Shown here piece after piece: positions 54,429 to 62,632 of a stretch of 64,000 nucleotides of DNA (its first letter is position 1; the number at the start of each line of letters is the position of its first letter). The position numbers and the translations under genes are program-made. The DNA is taken from the IMG/VR virus record IMGVR_UViG_3300047157_000243, positions 1-64,000 of that record. The stretch is one strand, 5' to 3'. The stretch is from a virus. The notes under the pieces are model-generated. The model saw nothing but the letters and a program-made list of their open reading frames with translations, was not told the origin of the DNA and ran no database searches.

Positions 54429-54923
54429 ATGTATTACTTTGAATATGATAAAAATGGATTTTTGGTAAAATATGCCGAAACTGAAGTGGATGTAGAATTT
54501 AGTGAAATATCTATAAACAATTCTATCTTTTACTGTATAGTAGATAATTTTTTAGTAAAGAAGTTTGAAGAGAATGGACTTTTTAAAACTGTAAGCAAAT
54601 ATGGAGGGCCAATAAAATTGACACATTCTTTCAGCGAAGGAGAAAGTTGGATAAAAGTTTTTAATAAAAAAGGCAGCAGTATTATTAAACATTATAATGA
54701 TTGTACAAAAGGTGTATCATCATACAAAGAAACAAACTACCCATGGTTTACATACAGTGCAGATACATCTTTAGAAAACTACATTGAAAAACATGTAGAA
54801 AATGTTAGTAAATATGCCATCCCCACCAGTGTAATTTCTTTGGAAGGAGAAAGTTTATCTCATTTAAATTTTAAAGTCAAAGATTCTTTTTTAGAAAAAT
54901 GGACTAATATAATTGATTTTTGA
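54429..54923 (+). CDS. Hypothetical protein
   Basis: ATG after TAATTTG. Confidence 0.6.
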   Translation: MYYFEYDKNGFLVKYAETEVDVEFSEISINNSIFYCIVDNFLVKKFEENGLFKTVSKYGGPIKLTHSFSEGESWIKVFNKKGSSIIKHYNDCTKGVSSYKETNYPWFTYSADTSLENYIEKHVENVSKYAIPTSVISLEGESLSHLNFKVKDSFLEKWTNIIDF

Positions 54924-54959
54924 AATTGTTATCTATTTATTTAATATACTAAATGTTAG

Positions 54960-55445
54960 ATGATGTATAACAAAAATAATAGATTAAGGAATATACTTTT
55001 TGAAAGCTTTCATGATAGAAATGAATCTTTTTATTACCTAGCCCCAGATATTGTAGGTTCAGTGTCAAATGCTAATATGGATATGAATAAAAATATATTC
55101 GTAATAGACTTTAATACTACTGATGGTAGAGTTTTAAATTTGAAAGTTAAAAATGATTGTTTTAACAACTGGTTAAATCAAGAAGAGTGTGAAAATTCTG
55201 GGGTTGTTGATTTTGTTAAACATTTTATATCAAACTCTAAATCAGAAGACGAATTAGAAACCGATACTTTAGAAGAAATAGTAGATGAATATGGTGACAT
55301 CATGAATAGTGATGATATGCCAAACAACTCTAATAACTCAATGATGGGTAAATCTAAGTTTGGTTCTGAAAAAGCAATAAAACAAACTATAGCAAAATCT
55401 AAAAGGTATTATGGAGATTTGGGCTTAGGAGTTGTTACTTGGTAA
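54960..55445 (+). CDS. Hypothetical protein (late-motif class)
   Basis: TATTTAT at 54934; LEEIVD..G motif. Confidence 0.65.
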   Translation: MMYNKNNRLRNILFESFHDRNESFYYLAPDIVGSVSNANMDMNKNIFVIDFNTTDGRVLNLKVKNDCFNNWLNQEECENSGVVDFVKHFISNSKSEDELETDTLEEIVDEYGDIMNSDDMPNNSNNSMMGKSKFGSEKAIKQTIAKSKRYYGDLGLGVVTW

Positions 55446-55464
55446 TTTTATAAAAATATAAGAT

Positions 55465-55989
55465 ATGTTTAAAATGAGAGAAATATTTGACTTTGACTCC
55501 GAAAAGGGAAAGGGTAAAAGTAAAAAAGGTAGTCAAATTGACAGAATGAAACAATTGAATGAAACATATCAAAAAAGAGGTGAGTTCATCAAAGAAAATA
55601 AAGGTAAGGAAGTTGATGAGAAAGTGTTACAAGAAGAGGCTGATAGGCTTAAGAAGCTTTCAAGTCACAGAACAACTCTAAAAGAAAACGGTGGTATCCC
55701 ATTCATGGGAATGAAGCAAGCGGGCCAGGGTGAAACTGTGAATACATTTTTGCCAACAATACCAGATTCTGCAAGAAACTCTTCCTTCTCTTATATAAAG
55801 CCAGAAGAAGCTTTAGATATATCTATAAAAAGAGCTATTGAATCAGGAACCCCTATTAACAATATGGGATTTTATGATGAGGTTAATTGGATTTTAAACA
55901 ACTTAGGCTTTGATTCTAAGAACCCAATGGACATTAAATCTGCAATGATAAAAATAGCTGGTGGTGACTTAAACACTTCTGTAGACTAA
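55465..55989 (+). CDS. Hypothetical protein with tag-like segments
   Basis: IDRMKQLNE and EEADRLKKLS. Confidence 0.65.
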   Translation: MFKMREIFDFDSEKGKGKSKKGSQIDRMKQLNETYQKRGEFIKENKGKEVDEKVLQEEADRLKKLSSHRTTLKENGGIPFMGMKQAGQGETVNTFLPTIPDSARNSSFSYIKPEEALDISIKRAIESGTPINNMGFYDEVNWILNNLGFDSKNPMDIKSAMIKIAGGDLNTSVD

Positions 55990-56481
55990 GTGGTGAATGA
56001 GGTAAGAAAAATAATTAGACAAGAAATAGAAAATCTTTTTGAGGATTTTCGATATAGATATGATGGAAGTTTTTACCCAAATGAATCCATGATTAAAAGT
56101 TGTTTAGAAGCATTAAATGCAGTTGAAGAAAATGATTTAACTAAAAACGTATCTAAAAAAAATGAAGGTTCTGGTAAAAGTAAAGCAAAAATCATAGTAA
56201 ATAAAGAGCCATTAAACCACTCTCAACTAAAAAGGATGAAAGCTTTTTTTGACAATAATGAATCTGAAGCATCATTAGAAAAGTCAAAAGGGGAAAATGT
56301 TTATACATCTGGATTGTTGCAAATTTGGAACCTGTGGGGTGGAGATGCTGGTAAGTCTTGGTGTAATACGCACATATCCCAAAGAAATAGTAGCAATGAT
56401 ACTAGCAAAACAATTAGAGGAGCTTCTGGTATCAGGTCTAAAAATTTAATGAACCCTCTCAACACAAGAATACATAGATAA
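55990..56481 (+). CDS. Hypothetical phage protein with NEVRKIIRQEIE tag
   Basis: LKRMKAFF ... LWGGDAG..W motif. Confidence 0.65.
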   Translation: MVNEVRKIIRQEIENLFEDFRYRYDGSFYPNESMIKSCLEALNAVEENDLTKNVSKKNEGSGKSKAKIIVNKEPLNHSQLKRMKAFFDNNESEASLEKSKGENVYTSGLLQIWNLWGGDAGKSWCNTHISQRNSSNDTSKTIRGASGIRSKNLMNPLNTRIHR

Positions 56482-56507
56482 CCTTTGATTCTTAAGTTTT
56501 AAATTCT

Positions 56508-56515
56508 TATATTTG
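56508..56515 (+). promoter_or_regulatory. Canonical Bacteroidota promoter (TTTG 56484 - 20 nt - TATATTTG)
   Basis: Exact -33/-7 consensus and spacing. Confidence 0.65.
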
Positions 56516-56541
56516 TTTTCTTATAAATTAATTTCATTTCA

Positions 56542-57489
56542 ATGAATGTTCTTAGCCTATTTGATGGTATGAGTTGCGGCCAGTTAGCACTAAAAAAAGC
56601 TGGCATTATCTATAACAACTATTATTCTTCTGAAATAGATGAGTACTCTATGAAAATTGCTCAGATTAATTTCCCTGAAACCATACAGTTAGGAAATGTA
56701 ACTGAATTAAATGCTAAAAAGCTGCCTAAAATAGATTTGCTAATTGGAGGGTCCCCATGCCAGGGTTTTAGTATGGCTGGAAAACAGCTTAATTTTGAAG
56801 ATGAAAGAAGTAAGTTGTTTTTTGAATTTGTAAGACTTCTAAATGAATTAAAGCCCAAATATTTCTTGTTAGAAAATGTAAAGATGAAAAAAGAATATAG
56901 AGACATAATAAGTTCTTATTTGGGTGTTGAGTGTATAGAGATAGACAGCAGTTTACTTTCTGCTCAAAATAGAAAAAGATTATACTGGACTAATATAGAA
57001 AACATTAAACAACCTAAAGATAAAAAAGTTTTTTTATCAAAAGTGCTGGAAAGGGGGGTGACACAAGAAAAGTATTTAATAAAAGAAGAAAGTGCTATTA
57101 AGCAAAATATTATTAAATATAGAGATGAGCGTCTAGCTAAACAAGCAGTTTTTACTGAACGTAGAACCGAAGAGGCAAAAAAGATAAGAAAAGAATATAG
57201 AGCTAAATACGGAAGAGATTTTTCGCCTAGAAGAGCTAAAGAAATGGTGCCTAGAACGGATGATAAGTGTAATTGCTTAACAACATCACTAACTAAAGAG
57301 CATGTGTTGATTGATGAAAATTATAATTTTAGAAAATTAACACCTACAGAATGTGAAAGGTTACAAACGGTCCCAGACAATTACACTAAACACATTAACA
57401 TTTCAGACACACAAAGATACAAAATGCTTGGAAATGGCTGGACAATTTCCGTAATTGCACATATATTTAAAAACATTAAAAATAAATAA
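56542..57489 (+). CDS. dcm: C5-cytosine DNA methyltransferase
   Basis: LSLFDG, GGSPCQGFS, LLENV, QNRKRLYW, RKLTP.ECERLQT.PD, LGNGW. Confidence 0.92.
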   Translation: MNVLSLFDGMSCGQLALKKAGIIYNNYYSSEIDEYSMKIAQINFPETIQLGNVTELNAKKLPKIDLLIGGSPCQGFSMAGKQLNFEDERSKLFFEFVRLLNELKPKYFLLENVKMKKEYRDIISSYLGVECIEIDSSLLSAQNRKRLYWTNIENIKQPKDKKVFLSKVLERGVTQEKYLIKEESAIKQNIIKYRDERLAKQAVFTERRTEEAKKIRKEYRAKYGRDFSPRRAKEMVPRTDDKCNCLTTSLTKEHVLIDENYNFRKLTPTECERLQTVPDNYTKHINISDTQRYKMLGNGWTISVIAHIFKNIKNK

Positions 57490-57510
57490 TAATAAATAAA
57501 TACAATTAAT

Positions 57511-58071
57511 ATGTCAGAAACATCAGAAACATCAGAAGCAACAGTTTCAAAATTTGAAATAACTCCAATATTACCGCAAGACTATGAGGGATATATGGAT
57601 GCAGATGAAGAGCTTGCAATAATTGCAAACCATGTAAAAAATTCAACGGTTCATAATGCAGATATTGAAACTAATAGAATTAAGTTTTTATATTCTACTT
57701 TAAACCCAAAAAAAGAAGGAGGAAGATATGTATTAACTTCTTTAACCAAAAGAAGTGATATAGACAAAATGGTTAATGATGATTATGATTACATAATTAC
57801 TGTATATTATGATGTCTGGAAGGATTTAGATGAATCTAACAAAATAATACAACTAGATAAAGCTTTGTGTGGTATTGATATGGGAACTTTAGAAAAGCCT
57901 GTTTTGAAAAAAAGCACACCAGACACAAGAGAATATAATGATAACTTAAGGTTTTATGGAGCTGAAAAAGTGCTAGACAGTTCTGAAATGGTAGACTTAG
58001 CATGTCAAAGAATTTCTGAAGAAAAAAGAGAAAAAAAGAAATTAGATAAAGAATTGAAAATAATAAAGTAA
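57511..58071 (+). CDS. Putative phage metallopeptidase-family protein lacking HExxH
   Basis: I.FL ... YDYII.V..D.W..L......LDKALCGI...L...D..E. Confidence 0.5.
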   Translation: MSETSETSEATVSKFEITPILPQDYEGYMDADEELAIIANHVKNSTVHNADIETNRIKFLYSTLNPKKEGGRYVLTSLTKRSDIDKMVNDDYDYIITVYYDVWKDLDESNKIIQLDKALCGIDMGTLEKPVLKKSTPDTREYNDNLRFYGAEKVLDSSEMVDLACQRISEEKREKKKLDKELKIIK

Positions 58072-58124
58072 ATATTTACTTTATTATTTTTTTTTATATA
58101 TTATAATTCTAAAATAAAACAAAA

Positions 58125-58364
58125 ATGGAAGATATTAAAATACAACTTAACAACTCTGTAAAAGCAGTAAGTTCACATTTTCAAGCAGAAAAAGATAGGG
58201 CTATTGCTGATTTAGAAATTTATTTAAATAGACCCGTAGGAGTGGGAGACCACTCAAGCGTTTTGGATGATACTATTAAAATATTTGAAAAATTAGAGCA
58301 TGCAAAATCTATGCTTGAAATGATTAACTCTATGACTTTAGGTTCTGATACAACAGCTAAATAA
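58125..58364 (+). CDS. Conserved small phage protein
   Basis: A.A.LEIYL..PVGVGDH motif. Confidence 0.7.
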   Translation: MEDIKIQLNNSVKAVSSHFQAEKDRAIADLEIYLNRPVGVGDHSSVLDDTIKIFEKLEHAKSMLEMINSMTLGSDTTAK

Positions 58365-58370
58365 ATAAAC

Positions 58371-58610
58371 ATGGAAATTTTATTAAAAATAATTTTAGGA
58401 ATGCTATTTGCTGCTTCTATCTTTTTTGGAAGGCTAGTATATACTGAGTATAAACTTTTTAACAAAGATATTGAAACAAAGAGCACTTCTTTATTGGAAA
58501 GAATATTAGTTAATGGTTTAATATTTATTATTTTTTCTATATTAGCTTTTTTAATGTCATTTTCTTTATATACTATTTTTGGAAAAATAACTTTTGAAAC
58601 ATACTTTTAA
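58371..58610 (+). CDS. Two-TM membrane protein
   Basis: Hydrophobicity. Confidence 0.6.
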   Translation: MEILLKIILGMLFAASIFFGRLVYTEYKLFNKDIETKSTSLLERILVNGLIFIIFSILAFLMSFSLYTIFGKITFETYF

Positions 58611-58613
58611 TAT

Positions 58614-58862
58614 ATGAAGCTGTTTAAGAAGATAAATTTTTATATAAGAAATTGTATTTGGAATTATAAATTTTGGCTTTTTTGTAAGCGAAAATATGTA
58701 GAATATAGCTTTGTTAAAAAAAATCCAATAAACGGAAATAGAGAAAAAGTAATCAAAAAAAGATTTCAAGGATACGAGTATAAAGGAAAAATATACCAAG
58801 ACAACCCAGGCATGCCCTTATCTACAGAACATGAATGGGATATTGTAAAGAAAAAAATATAA
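58614..58862 (+). CDS. Hypothetical protein
   Basis: ORF in operon. Confidence 0.55.
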   Translation: MKLFKKINFYIRNCIWNYKFWLFCKRKYVEYSFVKKNPINGNREKVIKKRFQGYEYKGKIYQDNPGMPLSTEHEWDIVKKKI

Positions 58863-58864
58863 AC

Positions 58865-58893
58865 AAAGCCCGCTTTTTAATAGCGGGCTTTTT
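58865..58893. terminator. Intrinsic terminator (possibly bidirectional)
   Basis: AAAGCCCGCT/AGCGGGCTTT stem. Confidence 0.75.
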
Positions 58894-59190
58894 ATTGGTC
58901 ATAATATAAAATTTGTTTGTTATGATAAGCTGTCCCCACCTTTCTCCCATTTGATATTCATGACCTTCCCAAACCATACGTTTATATATGTTTATTATTT
59001 TCTTGTTTATGAAAATTATATATAAACACAAAGTTATAAACATTTTTCAGTATTACACAAACCTTTATTGTAAAGGCTAATATGTATAAAAATGATATTA
59101 ATTTTTTATAAACAATAATCATTGCAAAATATAATGTTTTTTAAATTTTTGAGTATATTTATATGAAAAGTTACATTAAAAAGGTTTATT

Positions 59191-61008
59191 ATGGCCGACA
59201 TGAAAGATATAAAAAACGGAGAAGAGAAAAGTAATAAAGACTTTTCTAATTTGGAAGCAGAAACTCATAAGGTTTTTGAGATGATTAAAGAGTTACTTAA
59301 ATCAACTACTGAAAAAGAAATAGAAAAGCTTGGATTTACAAAAAACAATAAAATCGCTGGAGTTTATGGTGATGGAACAACATACGGAGCAGGAGTTGAA
59401 GAGGATGAATATAATGTCATCGTAACGTCAAGGCCTAGAAAGTTCAATAGTTCCAAAAATATGAGCCATGGATATGGGAATGGAACTTTTGAAAAACAAA
59501 TACTTATAGGAGCTAAAAGAGTTGAGTCTCAACTAGACTTTGAAATAAAAGGCAAAGTTCTACATGTACAATACAGAAGTCCAGAAGCTGGCTTTTTTAG
59601 AGGAGTTGAAGATGACGGTAGTACATTTATGGTAAGAAAAACAATAACAGTTCCATTAAAAGATGCTAAAAAAGCTCTAAAAGAAGATTTAGAAGACGCA
59701 GCAAGAAAAGAGGTGGGATATTTAACTCACACAAAATTAGGAGTAGAAGATAGGTTAGATGCCAGTACTACATCAATAGTTGAAAATTTAGATATGAAAA
59801 AACTAACACTTAAAAGCTTGTTTAAGGACGAGCTAGACTTTGAAACAAAAGAAGTCAATGAAGGATATGAAAAGCTTCCAGATGGAGAAGAAAACATAAA
59901 TGCATTTAAAAAACTTAACAAAGTTGAACTTCCAAACTCAAGTGATAGATTCTTGCTTTTTGATGACGAAGAACAATGCGAGGAATTAATCAAAGAATTA
60001 AACCTTGAAGAAGATGAAGAATTCAAAGAAAAACTTAAAGATGAATATGGAGTAGAAGATGGAAAGGTTTCCAAATTAACTCCTGCTGAAAAGACAGATT
60101 TTTTTAACTCACTAAAAAAAGAAGCAGAAAACTTAGAAGAAAACTTAGAAGAAATATCAATGTCAGGACCTTCCGTTGCAGGTGTTCAAGTTGGAGCTGG
60201 AGGTTATTTGCCAAAATTAGTTGCTTTAAGCAAAAAGAAGTTTTCTAAAGTCGGAGCCCCTTACAGCATCCCGGCTAATGACCCTATATATCAAGAGGCA
60301 GATGCTTTAAGTGAGTCTAAAAAAGCTTTTAAAAAGTCTTTTCAAAAAACAGCATATGCTAAAGGTCAAAAATCAAGACCTAAAGTTGATAAGAATTATA
60401 ATGTAATTCCTGAAACTAAAAACACTAACGCTAGTAAGCCTTATACTCAAGTGGTAAAAATAGACCCAAATACTCATCCGCTTGGAATGCCTTTCGTAAA
60501 GCCAAACAGCAAAGAAGAGTGGGAAAGAACTAGCGGTGTTGGTAGAGACCATGACAAGATGGAAAGAATGGGATTAAAAGAAGACAATTCTAACAAAACT
60601 TCTAGATTGGTTAAGAGAAAATTTATTTCTGAATCAGAAAACAAGTCTAAAGGTATAAATAAGAGATATATTGTTACAGAAAAAACAAATCAAGAATACG
60701 AATCTGACAGATGGAATAAACTTTCAAATTTTAAAAAGTTTGAAACAATAAAAGAGGCCGAAGAAATGAATTCTGTTCTTGAAAGTATAGAAGAATATAA
60801 TGATTTTTATCAAGAAAAGTCTAACATAATTAAAGAGTCAATTGCCCCAATTTCAAAAGATACTGAAAAAACTATAGAAGTAGAAAAGCCAGGAAGCGTT
60901 TTTGGAATTACTCAAAAGTTTTACGAAAAAGATTTTTTAAATGAAAACAAGCAATTTATATTAGATTTGAATTCTATGGTTTTTGTTTCGAATCCAAATT
61001 CAAAATAA
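59191..61008 (+). CDS. Large charged hypothetical protein (late-motif class, many L/I-x-E sites)
   Basis: TATTTAT at 59156-59162. Confidence 0.7.
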   Translation: MADMKDIKNGEEKSNKDFSNLEAETHKVFEMIKELLKSTTEKEIEKLGFTKNNKIAGVYGDGTTYGAGVEEDEYNVIVTSRPRKFNSSKNMSHGYGNGTFEKQILIGAKRVESQLDFEIKGKVLHVQYRSPEAGFFRGVEDDGSTFMVRKTITVPLKDAKKALKEDLEDAARKEVGYLTHTKLGVEDRLDASTTSIVENLDMKKLTLKSLFKDELDFETKEVNEGYEKLPDGEENINAFKKLNKVELPNSSDRFLLFDDEEQCEELIKELNLEEDEEFKEKLKDEYGVEDGKVSKLTPAEKTDFFNSLKKEAENLEENLEEISMSGPSVAGVQVGAGGYLPKLVALSKKKFSKVGAPYSIPANDPIYQEADALSESKKAFKKSFQKTAYAKGQKSRPKVDKNYNVIPETKNTNASKPYTQVVKIDPNTHPLGMPFVKPNSKEEWERTSGVGRDHDKMERMGLKEDNSNKTSRLVKRKFISESENKSKGINKRYIVTEKTNQEYESDRWNKLSNFKKFETIKEAEEMNSVLESIEEYNDFYQEKSNIIKESIAPISKDTEKTIEVEKPGSVFGITQKFYEKDFLNENKQFILDLNSMVFVSNPNSK

Positions 61009-61027
61009 GACTTCTAAACGAATTACT

Positions 61028-61058
61028 AAAAAGCTTAACTAATTGTTAGGCTTTTTTT
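61028..61058 (+). terminator. Intrinsic terminator
   Basis: AAAAAGCTTAAC/GTTAGGCTTTTT. Confidence 0.65.
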
Positions 61059-61119
61059 GTTTTTAATTATTTATTTTTAGTAAATATTCCTTATATTGCA
61101 TATTAATAAAACAATTTTT

Positions 61120-61629
61120 ATGAAAATAACAAACATTACAAAAGACTCATCTAAGTTATCACAACAGCTCAGATTACCACTTAGAAAAAGAGGTGGTTTA
61201 AATTTCACGGTAGTACTAGACCCAGGTGATTCTATTTTTTTAGAAGAAAGAAACAATAACAATGTTGTTAGAATATATGAAAAGAAAAAATTTCTATCAA
61301 TAAGCAATGAAAAACCTTCAGGTTCACAAGTGTATTACGTTGTATATACTGCAGCGGCACTCAATAGTTTAAAAGAGACTAAATCAACAAGTGTTAAAGT
61401 TGTTGTTAAAGAAGAAGATGTTTATACAGTTGAAAGTGCTAATAATATCATTTTGGAAAAAGAGTTAAGCGAGCCTGTAGAGGTAGAGGTAATTGTCCCA
61501 GAAAGTGCTTTTTCCAAACCAAAAGGAGGTAGGCCAAAAGGTGCTAAAAACAAATCTAAAAGAGGTAGGCCTAAGGCTAAAAAGTCGGTAGGAAGACCTT
61601 CTAAAAAAAGTAAAACAAAATCTAAATGA
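61120..61629 (+). CDS. Protein with C-terminal AT-hook-like motifs
   Basis: KGGRPKG, KRGRPKA, VGRPSKK. Confidence 0.65.
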   Translation: MKITNITKDSSKLSQQLRLPLRKRGGLNFTVVLDPGDSIFLEERNNNNVVRIYEKKKFLSISNEKPSGSQVYYVVYTAAALNSLKETKSTSVKVVVKEEDVYTVESANNIILEKELSEPVEVEVIVPESAFSKPKGGRPKGAKNKSKRGRPKAKKSVGRPSKKSKTKSK

Positions 61630-61904
61630 TAATCAAATCTTTTCAAATCTCAAAAAGAGAGGCTGAAAAAAGATTGTCTTCTACATTACAACATAAATTA
61701 AGAGTTGTGATGAAGTGTTATACTATAAATAACTTTTCTATAAATGAAGAAAATAGTACATTTTCTTTCAATAAAACAAATAGAATAAGAGGTATAGTAA
61801 TAAAAGATAAAAACACATTTTCAGGAACGTATGACTTGTTAAAGAGCGAAGAGCCAGAATATGACATGGAATATAACTTAACAATTAACGTAGGCAATTT
61901 ATAA
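61626..61904 (+). CDS. Hypothetical protein
   Basis: Coupled ORF. Confidence 0.55.
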   Translation: MIIKSFQISKREAEKRLSSTLQHKLRVVMKCYTINNFSINEENSTFSFNKTNRIRGIVIKDKNTFSGTYDLLKSEEPEYDMEYNLTINVGNL

Positions 61905-62578
61905 TGTCAAAAAAAGCCAGCAAAAGAGAGAAGCAGATAATGAAAACTATGGGCATAGATTTAGTTACAACTAAGTCTATAACTGAAATAGGTAGAATAT
62001 CTGGAACCCATAAGTATGATGTTTGGATTGGTAGAGAGGTTTCAAAAAATTTAGAGTTAATAAATCAACAAAGTGATTTTCAATTTATAATAGATTGGGC
62101 AACAAAAGATAGACCAGATATATTTTCACTAACTTTTGAGGAAGCAATGAGCTCGTCAGAGGAGTGGCACAACAATCTAAAAACAACAGGTAAGTACAGA
62201 ATTTTCGAGGAAGACAAGGATGAAAAAAGAGTCGTTTATGTCAGTAGGGATAAGAATTTCTTTTTTATGTTATTAAACGTTAATGAGCTGGATGCTGAAG
62301 GAGATATAATGCGTAACTGTATAAGTTCATACAAAAACAGAGTAATCAAAGGGCATTCGATTATAATTTCTATGAGAGACAGTAAGAATCAGCCTCACGT
62401 TACCATAGAGGTAGATGTTAGAACTAGTTCTGTAACTCAAGTTAGAGGAAAGGCAAACACCAGCCCATCTAAAGAATATATGAAAATAATAACTGAATTT
62501 GCATTACATGTTAGTGGTTTTGATGAACATTTAGATGAAGAAGTTGTAGACCTAATCAATTTAAAGTTTGAAGATTAG
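61904..62578 (+). CDS. PcfJ-domain protein
   Basis: S.EWH..L; ELDAEG..MRNCI.SY ... SMRD..N.PHVTIEV......QVRGKAN. Confidence 0.75.
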   Translation: MSKKASKREKQIMKTMGIDLVTTKSITEIGRISGTHKYDVWIGREVSKNLELINQQSDFQFIIDWATKDRPDIFSLTFEEAMSSSEEWHNNLKTTGKYRIFEEDKDEKRVVYVSRDKNFFFMLLNVNELDAEGDIMRNCISSYKNRVIKGHSIIISMRDSKNQPHVTIEVDVRTSSVTQVRGKANTSPSKEYMKIITEFALHVSGFDEHLDEEVVDLINLKFED

Positions 62579-62632
62579 TTTTTAAGTTGTTATTTTTTTT
62601 TTAAATTTGTTTTGAATCAAACAATTTTAATT

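Noticed and set aside
4321-61646. Many short antisense or nested ORFs in the track (e.g. 4321, 7498, 18739, 25975, 29041, 34349, 41501, 52309, 59727, 61422)
   Set aside because: Shadow frames of longer, motif-bearing genes.
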